Part shown: positions 49,851-63,810 of the stretch, in pieces
Position numbering within the stretch: position 1 is the stretch's first letter
How the letters are laid out: every line of letters begins with the position of its first letter
Assembly (NCBI GenBank): GCA_051313645.2
Contig: JBNRSN020000015.1
Location: 100,936,001 to 101,000,000, forward strand
Source: Centroscyllium fabricii
Taxonomy: Eukaryota
Direction of reading: 5' to 3'
Length of the DNA: 64,000 nt
The notes under the pieces: model-generated
What the model saw: the letters and a program-made list of their open reading frames with translations, nothing else
What the model was told of the DNA's origin: nothing
The model's database searches: none
Position numbers and translations under genes: made by a program

Positions 49851-50646
49851 GGTTTAGTGTGCATCAAAAGAGTACTGTAGCGCCAAAACAAAATAGCCAG
49901 ACTATTCCAGTTACCAGGGAATCTTTATCCACTCACTTGTGCTGTTGCTAATCAGGTTTGTGGTTTCTCCAAATTTTTTGGATCTCCAGTTACCCAATTG
50001 ATTTTCAAAAGAGAGGCTGAACAATGTAAATAGTAAGCAATTAACTCGCTTCTTTGAATTCTTACCTAAACTTTGACAAGGGTTCGAATGAAAAATTTAG
50101 AAGAGGAATACCAAATTGAAAAATATTTTAATTATTTACCAACAAGGGTATTAAGGGTTTAGGAACCAAGGTGGGTAGATAATGGTGTGATTGAATGGTG
50201 GAACAGTCTGGAGGAACTGAATGGCCTACTTCTGTTCCTATGTAAACCCCATCAGCACTTTCAGAAGCTTGTTGTGGAAAAATCCAGCATTTTCATCTTT
50301 GTACCCACCCCGTCCCCATAATGATATTCCTCTTTCTGGCTAGGATACCAACACCAAGGCCACTTCCTGTTCTGTATCTATATTGCATAAAATTTATAAC
50401 ATTTTGGTCATGAAGGCTAGATGGCACAGTGCTTTATAACAATGTCCTTTCATTCTTGGACCAAACTTGAATCTAGTCTAGACTATGGGAATTAAAGTCT
50501 CCCTTCTCTGCCAGTTTCCATGAGGCACATTTCCGTAATACAAAATCGGGCACAATGTGGCAGGAACTGCAACCACATTTAATGAAACATTTTTAAAAAT
50601 GTACTGCACCTGGAGGTCCTATATTGCGATTCAGGTTAAGGAACAA

Positions 50647-51317
50647 AGGGCGCGAAATTGGCACTCCAGCGCCGGCCCGTAATTAGCGCTAGAGATCGCG
50701 CCCAGTGCTAAATTCAGCTGGGCGCCAAGTTGGGGGCTAACTGGTAGCGCCCCAACGAATTTAGCGCCCAGCTGGACGTTGTGAATGATGTAATCAGCCC
50801 GCGCAGCGCCTGGGAGGCGCCCACGGCTGAAATTGGGCAGTGCCCGCCGTTTTGTCACCGGGCACTGCCCGCGCCAGCTTTCTGCAGCCCTAAGAGCAGC
50901 GCTGGAGCGCTGCTCAAAGGGGAGTGCGGCGGTCGGCCATTTTTATTGCTGGCCGACCACCAGCACCTTCCCCCTCGGCCTCCGCCGGCAAGGTCAGGCC
51001 TCCGTCAGCTGAGCCCGGCACTTCCCTCCAGCGGCGGACTCCTTCTCCCGCTCCCTCGGCAACCCCGCGGGGCTGCAGCCGCACTAGGCCCCTCCCCTTT
51101 AATGGGGAGGAAGGCCTGCCATACCGCGGGCCACCGCTACGCGCTTGTTGGCGCAGCGCTGCGCCCCAGTATTCGGCCGCCTCGCACCAAGAGCGAGGTG
51201 GCCCGCCTGATTTAGCGCCCGCCCACCCATAATGGGCGATGCCAGCTAATTTCGGTCGATTTAGCGCCAGATCGCCCGGGTCAGCGCCACAAAGTGCGCA
51301 CTGACCAATTTAACCCC
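50647..51317. mobile_element. GC-rich MITE-like element
   Basis: Termini GGGCGCGAAATTGG / CCAATTTAACCCC, repeated TTAGCGCC subterminal motifs, sharp GC contrast with the flanks. Confidence 0.6.
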
Positions 51318-51655
51318 CAAAGACTTCACCTAACCCCATAATACTGACCCCAAGTACTGAAGACAAGTGGAATAGTGCTCCACTCCCGACACCAACCTAT
51401 AATAGGAAGAGTGCTGCATATAAATCTCCATGTTGATTTATGTCCTTTTTTAACTTGGCGCATTAAAAAAGTCACATATCCTACACAACATGGACTTCAC
51501 ACAGAGACAGGGTAATGCTGCAGGCTCGATTTCTTCATAATGCATCAGCAATGGTTCTCAAAACACATGGCAAGATGTCAAACTATTCAAACTCAGTGCA
51601 CCTACTGAGCATGTATATTTACCCGAAGATAATATAAAATGTATAATATTTAGGT

Positions 51656-51935
51656 GAACATAGAACATAGAACATAGAGCACTGTACAGGCCCTTGGGCC
51701 CTCAATGTAGTGCCGCCCTTAGTCCATCTCTGATTTTTCCTTTCCCCCCTACTGTTCCTTCCCCTCCATGTACCTGTCTATCATCCTTTTAAAAGCACCC
51801 AGACTGTCCGCATCCACTATTTCAGATGGTAGCCTATTCCATTCCCCGACCACTCTCTGTGTAAAGAACCTGCCCCTGCCATCCCTTCTGAATCTTCCTC
51901 CTTGAATCTTGTGCTCGTGTCCTCTTGTTGACCAT
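51656..51935 (-). mobile_element. CR1 LINE 3' fragment, (TTCTATG)n tail
   Basis: TRGHEHKIQGGRFRRDGRGRFFTQRVVGEWNRLP. Confidence 0.85.
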
Positions 51936-52215
51936 GTCTTCCAAGATGGTGTTAAAAATGTATGAGAATTCTGTACTCCTAGAGTAAGCAGACTCTTAAT
52001 AGTGGTAGACGTGTTCCTTTGCAATGGACAAACTGCACATTGACTGTGAACCACACAAATAGGATTTTTAACAACTGGTTTAAACAAAGGATTATAAAGT
52101 ATTAAAATAAAATACACTTAAAAACTAACCAGACGAAAAATAAGCGAGAACAGAAAATCCAAACGTGAATATTATGTAGGTTGATGAACATTTGGTCTGT
52201 TTATTTTTCTTCCAG

Positions 52216-52545
52216 ATACAAAACCCATCTTGGATCAGTAACAACGGTGCTTCCTCTCCGGTGCCAGCTTGTGTTGTGCCCTGTGAAACGGTAACCTCTT
52301 GCATGTCCCCACATGCACACGCACATGCACACGCACCAGGTGGGGTGTCTGACTTCCTGGGTGTTTCTGCCCCTGGCGGCCATGTGGGACAGACACATAT
52401 GGGTGGTCTCTTTGGCACTGCCGGGCTAGGGGCTGCCATCAACGCATTTGACATCAGTAATGAACCAGATCGAAAATCATCAAGCATTGCAGCCTTAAGA
52501 ATGAAAGCCAAAGAGCACAGCGCCGCTATATCTTGGGCCACATGA
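52216..52545 (+). CDS. ALX4: ALX4 last coding exon with OAR/aristaless domain
   Basis: Acceptor tttttcttccag|ATA; [23 protein letters not shown]...[25 protein letters not shown], matching the ALX4 C-terminus. Confidence 0.97.
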   Translation: MQNPSWISNNGASSPVPACVVPCETVTSCMSPHAHAHAHAPGGVSDFLGVSAPGGHVGQTHMGGLFGTAGLGAAINAFDISNEPDRKSSSIAALRMKAKEHSAAISWAT

Positions 52546-52906
52546 CCGACATAACAATACATATTCAAACACTGAAAATAATACAATTATTACATAATGC
52601 TGGACTAAGGACATAACGCAACATGGAGATTTATATGCAGCACTTTTACTATTATAGGTTGGTAGGATTAGAAATGAGGTTTACTTCAACTTAAAAATAT
52701 TTATATTATACCCCCCATACTGTACAAGAGCAACCCTGAAAACTTTTCAAAATCCCAAGTTTCATTTGAAATTGATATCCTTTTTAACAGGCGAGCTTAT
52801 AAAAGTCTATGGGAGAATGGCATCTTTTCTTTTAGGGCCAAATCTGTAATTAGAATTCACCAAACCCCAGAGGAAATTGCAGAGAGCTTTCAGTTTAAAT
52901 AACATT

Positions 52907-54016
52907 GGCCCAGAAATTCGAGTCGGAGGCTTTCCCGCGTGTGCAAGCCTCCGACCTGCACTTGCCCAGCGTGCCGGCCGTTGAGCTGTGGAATTCCGAT
53001 GCGGGGCCTTCCTCAACTGCCGGCGCGCCACACTCACGTATCCCAGCGGCGCAGTTAGTGCAAGGGATCGCGTGGACCACGGAGTACCATTCGGAGCACA
53101 GAATGCTCCATTCATAAGTTTGACAGGAAGAGTATAGAAACATAGAAACTAGGAGGAGTAGGCCATTCGGCCCTTCAAGCCTGCTCCGCCATTCAACGAG
53201 ATCATGGCTGATCATCCAAACCCAGCACCCTGTCCCTGCCTTGTCCCCATATCCCTATCGAGCCTGCACCGACACATATCCCACCCTATCCCCGTAACCC
53301 CACATATTCAATCCCCCTAACACTAAGGGTCAATTTATCATGGCCAATCAACCTAACCCGCAAATCTTTGGACTGTGGGAGGAAACCGGAGGAAACCCAC
53401 GCAGACACGGGGAGAATGTGCAAACTCCACACAGATAGTACCCGAGGCTGGATTTGAACCCGGGTCTCCAGTGCTGTAAGGCAACAGTGCTAACCACTAT
53501 GCCACCGTGCCGCTCATGAAAACTACATAGTATGAAAACTACAAGCCCCAAAACATCACTAAATCTTCAAATAAAATAAAAAAAATCACATTTTTAAAAT
53601 AATTATCAATGACATTAAATAACTATTTTAAACAATAATTAAAATTTTTGAAAAAAATTACAGTTTTGAACGGGGCTAAAAATAAACTTACCTTTCTTTA
53701 AAGTATTTAAAAATAATAAACCTGTGGGAAAAATGTTTTAATTTGAATTAATTCACCACTTACCTTCTTAAAACCAGGCTTTGCACATTAAAAAAGCAGC
53801 CGTAACTTTTTCATACTTACCCGGACACAGAATCTTACAAAAAAAGCGAAAGTCCACTGCGCACGCGCTGCCGCTCCCGCGTTCCGACCCCTGAATCCTT
53901 CTGTCAGGGGATCGGAAGTGCCGGTTTCACACGCATGCACGAAACCGGCACTTTGGATGGGCCTACGCGTGAGTCTCCCGTCCGTACTCGCGCGCTGGGA
54001 CCTGAATTTCTGGACC
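52907..54016. mobile_element. MITE (PIF/Harbinger-like) downstream of the ALX4 stop, containing a SINE
   Basis: TIRs GGCCCAGAAATTC / GAATTTCTGGACC, TSD ATT; GC-rich ends, AT-rich core. Confidence 0.7.
53134..53513 (-). mobile_element. V-SINE family 1 nested in the MITE
   Basis: Matches the other family 1 copies. Confidence 0.9.
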
Positions 54017-56622
54017 ATTGTGTATAAGGGCAGTTGAGGGGCTGAAGTTTAAAGCACATACTTATTTTATAGAATGGCTGGTAAACTAATTTAAACGATT
54101 CTCCCACTGAATAGATTAACAAGACATTGTTCTGACAAGATCATAATGACAAACGGTAAACACATCCAGACTGTAGTACCAATGAGTTATGTTGCAAGAA
54201 AACCCCGTCACCGTGTCCTGCATAGGTTTGAATTATTCAAATTAGATACTGAACATCCTGCAATATTAGTAAACATAAATTTATTTTAATTCTCAGTTAA
54301 ATGAACTTTTTTAACAAAGTTTTCTGAATACAAATTATAACCGAGTTTTTTTTGTTCCTGCCAAACTACTTAGGTTTAAGCGATATTGGCTGCAGGGTCT
54401 GATGAGTGCCCCATATTGACTATGGTACAGCGACTAATTGGTTTCCTTGCCCCACTGTCAATCTATTAAGTTCATTTTGTTTTAATAGAACATTTTATTG
54501 AAAGTAAACTGGATATCAAGTTCAAATCAATTAAGTAGTTAATCCTTTAAAAAATATTTACTTGACTTTAAATGTTAAAAACCTATGTGTCTAGTCCTGG
54601 GCACTGACCTATAGTAGCAACAGTAGTTTAAGATCTTGCAATTTACACAATTAAAAAAAAAAGACAAGTTAAGAAAACGTCTTACAAATAAACAAAAAAA
54701 AAATGTTTTATTGTGTAATATGCTAAGTATACCAAAAGTGAAATGTTATACAGTTTTAAATGTAATTATCTTTTGCAACAATCACGCCCATTGTTATTAC
54801 TTATACTACTGAAGCAGAAGGTTGAAGTTCAGAGTAATATATCTGTTTGGGTGTGTTGTGTACTTTTGCCGAGAGGAAGTCTCGAGAATATTACTGTTAT
54901 AATTTGTTGTAAAATATTTTAACCTTGTAAACTCCTTTAGCTTTAATTGCCTTGTTTTAAATATAATTGTAGGAAAGGGTGCAAGTAGGTTACATTCAAT
55001 AAAAAGTGTTACTGCATCCAAAGTAGTGTTCATCATTACTGTGAGAATTTAACAAACTCATAATTTGCCTGTGTTGTATTGTTTTATGAGTAAGTTATTG
55101 CACTTGGAATAATGTTTTTGCATAGATGTAATTTCTTAGGAAACTGTAACAGAGTGGGTCAGAATGGCGTGTATTGTTTTGACAGGTATAACCAATAACC
55201 CAATAAAGAATTTGTCTTTTTCCTACTGAAGAAAAAACGATTTTCTTTGCAAGGAATGGTGATGAAATGTGATCATGATAGCTCTGAAGTCTCACATTAA
55301 TTGGAGTGGACACAAATACCAACACTGCCCTTCTGAACTGCTGACAGAGTACAGAAAGGATTACAGAACTTATATTAACAACAGGTGTCAGAAGATGTAC
55401 ACCAGTAACCCGGAATGTAGTCACTTACAAAAACAGGCCTTCTCCAGAGGAAGTTAAACATAGTAACCTGTGCCTATTAATATTCCTTCTACATTCTTCA
55501 CTTTTTAATAAACATTTGAAAGAAAATATAATTTGTCTTCAACTGTACAATTTAAAGATTATTTAAGAAATAAGGCGTAGTTCAAACTGTCAACAATGCT
55601 GCAAACTACATTACGCATACAAGAGAAAATTGAATTAATTTTGTATTATTGCCTGCTTCATAAATTGATGGCAGATAATTTCCTGTCAAAACATCTGGAG
55701 TTGGGCTGCAAACTGAGTCAGCTGTAGCGTTAATGTAAAGTAACATCTTGGTTAGGTTAGATTGGAGAAATACTTACAGGCCTGTAATTATCTTATGGTA
55801 AATGCATCCATTAGCTGGTCTACTCATCACAGAACTAACTTAATTCTGGGTACAATATTAAGTAAATTTATTTAATAAATCATTTACAGCTGGCCACTCA
55901 ATGACTTACATGAGACAGTTTTGTTCATTTATGAAATACACACAGTCATTTATATTTAACAGGCACTAGTCACAAATAACAAAGTACAATAAAATTACAA
56001 TGACATTTGGCATAAATAAACTGCAAAATACAGACTGAAAATGATAAAGGACCATACTGGAGATAGATTTTGCCATTCAGAAGTGCAGACACTGTATCAA
56101 CGGCAGCAATGTATGCTTTGCGAAGATGAAACCTGCAGTACAATTTTAGAATTCAATGTGGAGTATATATTTTATGCACCTATTCAATTTCCACAGAAAA
56201 AATGTCTGAACCACTAATTATTTAATCTGATATGCGTAAATGTCTAGCAAATCACTTGGTCTTAGTGTCAGGTCTGTTCTCAATCTTATAACTGAACAAC
56301 ATTTGAGGATCGCCTACGAGTTCATGGTTTTTGCCTATTTGACACATCTAACTTGCGGTTGGACGACATTCTACTCTCTCCCCAAGTTCACCACTTCTGA
56401 CAAGCGACAGGTGCAATCGTACATTGCTCATTGGCAACATTATTATTTCTGTTTGAACATAGGATTAAATCAAGTCTTTACAAGATAGATACAGATGAGG
56501 AAAGCCAATTGACAAATTTTAGCTCACCCAGAAAGAGCCTTCCTAGTGTTTCCATTTTTTTTTTTAAGAGCCATATTTGTACAATGTGCTCAGTGCATTT
56601 TGATTCAATGTCTTAATCATCT

Positions 56623-57009
56623 GGGCGGCACGGTGGCACAGTGGTTAGCACTGTTGTCTCACAGCACTGGAGACCCGGGTTCAAATTCAGCCTCGGGTGA
56701 CTATCTGTGTGGAGTTTGCACATTCTCTCCGTGTCTGCGTGGGTTTCCTCCGGGTGCTCCGGTTTCCTCCCACAACCCAAAGATGTGCGGGTTAGGTTGA
56801 TTGGCCAGGATAAATTGACCCTTAGTGTTAGGGGGATTGAATATGTGGGGTTACGGGGATAGGGTGCGATATGTGTTGATGCAGGCTCGATAGGGATATG
56901 GGGAGAAGGCAGGGGCGGGGTACTGGGTTTGGATGATCAGCCATGATCTCATTGAATGGCGGAGCAGGCTCGAAGGGCCGAATGGCCTACTCCTACTCCT
57001 AGTTTCTAT
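56623..57009 (+). mobile_element. V-SINE family 1, full length
   Basis: Matches the other family 1 copies. Confidence 0.9.
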
Positions 57010-57344
57010 CTCTTTTTAATAGGATAGTTAGATTCCATACAAGTTCAAAATATGGGATTTTTATCAGTAAGTCAGCCTTTAAAAAAAAAAAAAACTATTT
57101 CCCTCCTACCCTGAAGATGCCAACTCTTGCTTGGCTACAGTTCTGCCAACAGCCTTTTGTTGTAATGGCTAACTGGCAATTCTTCATGCCTAAACATGGA
57201 CAATATGGCTCAGTAGCCCATTCATACAGGGTGGGCCTCAAAGCAAATTCCAACAAATATACTTTGCAGCAGGCTTCAACAGATAGGAACATGAACCTGG
57301 CTGATTTCCCCTCTCCTCAGCATAGATCAATTGTAATGGGGTAA

Positions 57345-57717
57345 ACACAGAAACACAGAAGATAGGAGCAGGAGTAGGCCATTCGGCCCTTCGAGCCTGC
57401 TCCGCCATTTTGATGAGATCATGGCTGACCATCCAAACCCAGCACCCCCCTCCTACCCTCTCCCCATATCCCCCGACACCCCCAACTCTAAGAACTATAT
57501 CTCACACACATACTCATGGGCAATTTTTAGTATCTCCAATTCACCTAACCTGCATGTCTTTGGGTGGTGGGAGGAAACCGGAGTACCCAGAGGAAACCCA
57601 CACAAACACGGGGAGAACATGCAAACTACACGCAGAGGTCCCGGGCCAAGCAGGATTCGAACCCAGGAGCTCCTTATTGCGAGGCAGCAGTGCTAACCAC
57701 TGCGCCACCGTGTCGTC
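57345..57717 (-). mobile_element. V-SINE family 2
   Basis: Matches 37057-37407. Confidence 0.88.
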
Positions 57718-59235
57718 CTTATTGTTCTGGCTAAAATCAGCTAATTTGGTACAGAACAGGAATCAAAACTGCAACCATTTGGCCTGGGTGACTTTGTACT
57801 ATAGCAGGTGATAACCCATTGGCAAATCGGGGGAGCTTTATATGTCTATTAATTGTTGAGCATGTTTGAATGTATATATCCAGCATTGGGATTTTAGAAA
57901 CATAGCTTTTGTGACATTTCAAACACGGCTTCTTATGCACAGTCTGCTAAATAAGGAGGTTAAAGTGTCTAAACCACAGTATGAAATCCAGGCTATTATT
58001 AAAGATTTCATTGAATAATAACTAGTTCTTCAATAGGATTTAGAGAGAAGAGTAATTGTAAGTGTCAGGTATATAACATGATTTTAGTGATACACATAGC
58101 AGAAAAAAGGACATTAAAAACAGATTCCTACAATTTGGCATGGATTTGGTAAGGGGGCCATTTTGACTAAAATTCTGGAACAAATTCCTGTAAATGCAAT
58201 TAGTTTTGTAATCAAAGAACCTGTAAACAGTGTCAGCAACTTTGTAAATACTTGTCTCTCCCAGCCAACAATTCTCCTTCAACCGCTGCTACCTAAAAAC
58301 AGATGGGAGGTTAGTGGTGAAGAATGGCAGTTGTGTTTGCCTACATAAGTCACTGTACTTCAAAAAGTAGTTCATTTATGTAAAGCAGTTTGACGTGTGA
58401 ATATGAAAGGAAATGTATACGACAAAAAAGGATGGAAATGCATTAGGTTAACTGAAATGTTGTACAACTCATAATAGTAAGCGGCAGTGGATACAAGTTC
58501 TACCAGTATTTTCTTTTACAGTTCATTGTTGCTAGCTAACATTCATATTATATTCACTATAAACTCAAGTTATGTAGGCACCTATTCTGCTGGACACCGA
58601 CAGTGGGATAACAAGAAAATAACAACTGACAAAAGTTGTCTGATATAGGGATAATGTTCATAAAGCCAGTATATAAATATCGAAAACTGAACACCAGATT
58701 GACTCCACATTTTGACCCTTGTAATGCACGGTACGGATGGTATTGTTCTTCATTTGCCTTCAATGATTTTTTTTACCCATTAATCGTCTCAGAAATACTG
58801 TGCACTACCCTGTCCTGTGACAGGAACACATTGTGCTTGACACTACACAACAACTTTGAAAGAAGAAATGAAACTCAGTTAACCTTAAACACTTCCTGTA
58901 CTGGACCACAGCTTAGAAACTACTGCAGAATAGACTCCTAGGATTAGACAATTAAAGCTGGATTGTGTAGTGTTAAAATGGACTAAAACAGCTGCTGGAA
59001 AATATTACACAGTATACATGGCTCTATAAATGATGAACATTCTTGGTTTCTAACAATGATATCTATAAACAGTCATCAATAAAAAACAAACATTATAACC
59101 AGAGTGCTGTTCAACAGGCTGCTCTTTGGAAGAAAATATTAATTAAAAAGAAAATGTGTAAAAAGCTTCGCCAGTCCAAAGCTGCTGGGTGCCTGTATTA
59201 TCTCAGGAAGATCCGATTGCACCAGATGGTCCACC

Positions 59236-59489
59236 ATAAGAACATACGAACATACGTACGAAATAGGAGCAGGAGTAGGCCAATCGGCCCCTCGAGCCTG
59301 CTCCGCCATTTAACAAGATCATGGCTGATCTGATCCTAACCTCAATTTTATTTTTACTCTCCATCCTGCCCAAAACCATGTGATCACCCGGGAGAGGCGA
59401 AAAACCAGATAAAAAACCCAGTGGCCAATTTGGGAGAAAAAATCTGGGAAATTCCTCTCCGACCCATCTAGGCGATCGAAAACTGGTCC
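59236..59489 (-). mobile_element. CR1 3' UTR fragment with extended module
   Basis: Near-identical to 18268-18510. Confidence 0.85.
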
Positions 59490-59967
59490 TTTTGACTTTG
59501 CTAAATCCCTCATTTTATTGTGTGATGTACAATACAATACTGTCAGTATCTTAAGTTTTCTTAAGGTGCTTTCACATGTGCTGCTGGCTTCCTACGGCAC
59601 AGGTCTCATGCAACTGCCTGAACGCCAAATGCAGAAACTGCCCGACTTTCTATCACCAGCAGCCTGGGAGATTTGCTAAAAACGGGTATCCCAGGCAACT
59701 GGGCTAGTGAATCCCAGACAGTCTTACATTCTGCTTGCAGTCAGCCGTGCGAGGCCCATGCTTTGAGAATCCCAGGGCTTTAGCGCAGGTCTTGTGCAAT
59801 ATCAGAGCACAGGTACAGTAGCAATGTCACTCAGCAAAACGGGGGTTTTAATTTTTAAATGATCTTTTCTCCCCACCTCAAGGCAATGATTCACGCTGGA
59901 GTCTGGCTACATGGGCGGCAGCAGCCTTCCAGCACCTCACAAACACCGGCAGGATATACACAGACAG

Positions 59968-60339
59968 ACACACAGAAGATAGGAGGAGTAGGCCATTCGG
60001 CCCTTCGAGCCTGCTCCGCCATTTTGACGAGATCATGGCTGATCATCCAAACCCTCCTACCCTCTCCCCCATGTCTCCCGACACCCCCAACTCCGAGAAC
60101 TATATCTCACACACATACTCATGGGCAATTTTTAGTATCTCCAATTCCCAATCTCCAATTCACCTAACCTGCATGTCTTTGGGTGGTGGGAGGAAACCGG
60201 AGTGCCCGGAAGAAACCCACACGAACACGGGGAGAACATGCAAACTCCACGCGGAGGGGTACCCGGGCCAAGCAGGATTCAAACCCAGGAGCTCCTTATT
60301 GTGAGGCAGCAATGCTAACCACTGCGCCACCGTGTCGTC
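59968..60339 (-). mobile_element. V-SINE family 2
   Basis: Matches 57345-57717. Confidence 0.85.
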
Positions 60340-60644
60340 TGGGGTTTGGGGGGGGGGGGGGGAGGAAAGAGAGGAAGAAAGAGTGAGCATCAATCAATCA
60401 TGCCCTCCATTCAATGTCCAAGCGGCTGCACATTCCAACAAAGGTCTCTGAATAGTGATTGTGAGAAGAAGCACTGCCTGATTTTGCTTGACCCCCACCC
60501 TTAATTTAAGAACACTGTGTTCTCTCTGCCCCCCCCCTCGCATTCTTGCTAAGATCGGCTAACCTGCTAGCATCACAGTTTGTACAGCTCACTATCACAC
60601 TGCACACTGTGTGACTCTGAGCAACTGGAAGGGCCTAAACTTAG

Positions 60645-61042
60645 GGGCGGCACAGTGGTTAGCACTGTTGTCTCACAGCACTGGAGACCCGGGTTCAAAT
60701 CCGGCCTCGGGTGACTACCTGTGTGGAGTTTGCACATTCTCCCCGTGTCTGCGTGGGTTTCCTCCGGATGCTCCGGTTTCCTCCCATAGTCCAAAGATGT
60801 GTGGGTTAGGTTGATTGGCCATGATAAATTGACCCTTAGTGTTAGGGCGATTGAATATGTGGGGATACGGGGATAGGGTGGGATATGTGTCGATGCAGGC
60901 TCGATAGGGATATGGGGAGAGGGCAGGGGCGGGGTACTGGGTTTGGATGATCAGCCATGATCTCATTGAATGGCGGAGCAGGCTCGAAGGGCCGAATGGC
61001 CTACTCCTGCTCCTAGTTTCTATGTTCCTAGTTTCTATGTTT
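60645..61042 (+). mobile_element. V-SINE family 1
   Basis: Matches the other family 1 copies. Confidence 0.9.
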
Positions 61043-61119
61043 CTTTTTAACAGGATAGCAATCATTAAGTTGAGAGACAAAATGGTACCTAATATAGGTT
61101 AATTACATTATTTAAAATA

Positions 61120-61853
61120 CAGGTTGAAGTTCATTAATCCGGCAGGGCTGGGACCAGCATCCTGCCGGATTGTTGAAAACACCGAATTATTGAAGTCACG
61201 GCGGCGCATGCGCAGAACATTCAAAATGGCCGACGTGAAATTTTCAATGCTCTGCGCATGCGTTCGCCGGTACCTGGCAGTTGATTTTCGGCCCACGGGT
61301 AGGGTGGAACTCGCACTCGATTCTGCTGCGGGTCAGGGATCACGGCTCCAGTGGGCCTGAGGCCCAATGTGCGGCTCAAGCCCGGCTCACGTGACGCCAC
61401 CGCACACCAGCTTCGGAACGCGGTGACGTCAGCACGCAGCCATCGATTCTGTTGCGGATCACGGAGCGGCCTGCACGGCTTCAGCGGGGGCCTGAGGCCC
61501 AATGCGCGGCTCAAGTGACGCCACCGCAGGCCAGCTTCGGAATGCGGTGACGTCAGCACGCAGCCAGGCAGGAGCCTCCGGCAGCGATGGGCACCGAGCA
61601 TTGCCTGTATCGCGTCCTGCGAAAGAAGGCTGGCACAACAGCTCATCTTCTGGGCCTGAGATTCACCATTGGCATCGGGGTGGTCACTAAGCCGGGATCC
61701 AGTGAGTATATGTTAGGTGAAAGAGAAGCCCAGCCCAGCCCCGACGGCGGCCATTCTGAATTGTCTGCGCATGCGCCGGGCAGTCGGGAAAATCTGTGCC
61801 GAATGATTGAAGCTGCCGGTTTTTCGGGTGCCGGATTAATGAACTTCAACCTG
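61120..61853. mobile_element. Tc1/mariner-pogo-type MITE
   Basis: Perfect 25-bp TIR CAGGTTGAAGTTCATTAATCCGGCA, TA TSD on both sides, internal ~80-bp direct repeat, no transposase. Confidence 0.88.
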
Positions 61854-62679
61854 TATATCACCTCAGTATTACTAATAACACAATGCACTCTCAAAACCAT
61901 TATTCCATACTGCTAAAATGACCAGAAAATAAAATATAGACACCAAAGATAAGGGAGTATTGCCATTATCATCAGCAACAATTATTGAGAAGTTTTGAGG
62001 CGGACACTACAGTATTTTCAGGAGAATGTTGCAGCTACAATGTTGAATATGACCAGCGTAGACTGAAAACATTTTATCGTGTTCCTACTGTAACAAGTTC
62101 ATTTGAAACATTACTGAGTGCTATACTGGGGGGAATAAACAACATGGACATATTCTGGTACAATGGCACAGTAAGCACGCAGCATTATGACTGTAAGCAC
62201 ATTAAAAATGGAGCTCGTCAGTACATGATTCAATGTTAGCTAGTTTGGAAACATAATAGGCAACAAATCCTATTGATGTCTGAAGCAACAACAGAGGACG
62301 TTTTTGATATGCTGAGCAATGGCATAATCAAACTGTATTGTGAGGAGTCTTTTGAGTTTTTGATCTTCAATAGTCTTCATAATACATTTTTTGTCATGGC
62401 GAATCATTAAAATTCGATCATTTAAAAACAGGACAGCATTTTTTGTCATGATGAACCATTACAATTCAGTAACATTCAACGCTTTAAAAAAGAGGTCGCA
62501 CTGTTCTTCTGCAGTTGCTGCATCTTAAGTTAATAAACTCCATTAAAGAAGTAGGAGAAGACTCTTTGAATTCCAGATCAACGGTTCCAAATCATACAAC
62601 TGCCGGTCCTTACTGAAACAAGGTCTTGCAGCATAGGGATGGTGCATTTGAAGGGAGCACGATTTTGAACACCAGGACT

Positions 62680-62862
<183 letters not shown>

Positions 62863-63423
62863 CTAATAAAACACTGTCAGAACAACATCTGCACAACCAG
62901 AGGTCATCACAAAGCCGATATGGTAACCAAGAAAATTGCAAGCATTCCTTAAGCTCTTTACACTGATGCTTTTAAAAGTTAAACAGGACGGCATCTCAGC
63001 AGCAATGTTTCGAAGGGACACTGAAAAGGCAAATATTCACAAATTTCCATTTGAATGACTGCACCAGTTTCTGCTAAATTATTTTACCGTGGTTGTAAGA
63101 GTTATATTTTATTCTCTAGTAAGGCTTGTAGTAGAGAAAGGTGAAATCTAACTGCTAATGGAGTTCATGTCTTTAAGGCAGTCTCAGGCACGCACAACAG
63201 AGTGGAAGGGACAGTACAAACACTGGACTCTCCAGTAATTAGAACAGTGAAATAAGATAAAACTGGGATCTCCGTCTCCAACATGGTTCCGCCCATTCTG
63301 ATGTAGTTACTGAATCTTTTTGACATACACCTGCCCATCTAAACTATGCAAGGCATTGTGAAACTTAGGACACTCTTGCTTACAAATCTGAATGGATTCA
63401 AACAATTCCTACATCATTAATTT

Positions 63424-63810
63424 CAGTGTTGGCCGTGAGCGCGCTAAATGAGCGCGCGTTCACGAGCGCGTTCACATTTTCGTGAATGCTGAACGAGCGC
63501 GCTCTTTCCCAGCAGCCTGAGCGAAAATGTGAGCGTCGCTCAGTTTGGAGCGATTGAGCGGCGCTCGCTGCTGCCTTCCATGCGGGTTGGCGTCGGGACG
63601 GTGAGTGCTTTGCTTGTATGTATCTATCTCTCTCTCTATCTCTCTCTCTCTCTATCTCTCTCTATCTATCTATCTAACTCAGTGGTCTCCAACCTTTTCC
63701 ACTTCGCGGCCCGTTTTCGGCTTTTCATTTTTTTCGCGGCCCGTTTACGGCGCATGCGCGACCGCTGGCCTCCGATTTGTATCCCGGGGGGGTTGCTGGG
63801 CATTGCTCCA
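63424..63810. mobile_element. hAT-like non-autonomous element ends separated by a (CT)/(CTAT) microsatellite
   Basis: CAGTGTTGG start with GAGCG subterminal repeats (63424-63570); microsatellite 63620-63676; CAGTGGTCTCCAACCTTTT Charlie-like terminus at 63680; partner TIRs not seen. Confidence 0.45.

Noticed and set aside
50781-51232. GC-rich ORFs (144 aa, 102 aa), and similar ones at 61221-61916
   Set aside because: They lie within MITEs, have no recognisable domains and are open because of high GC content.
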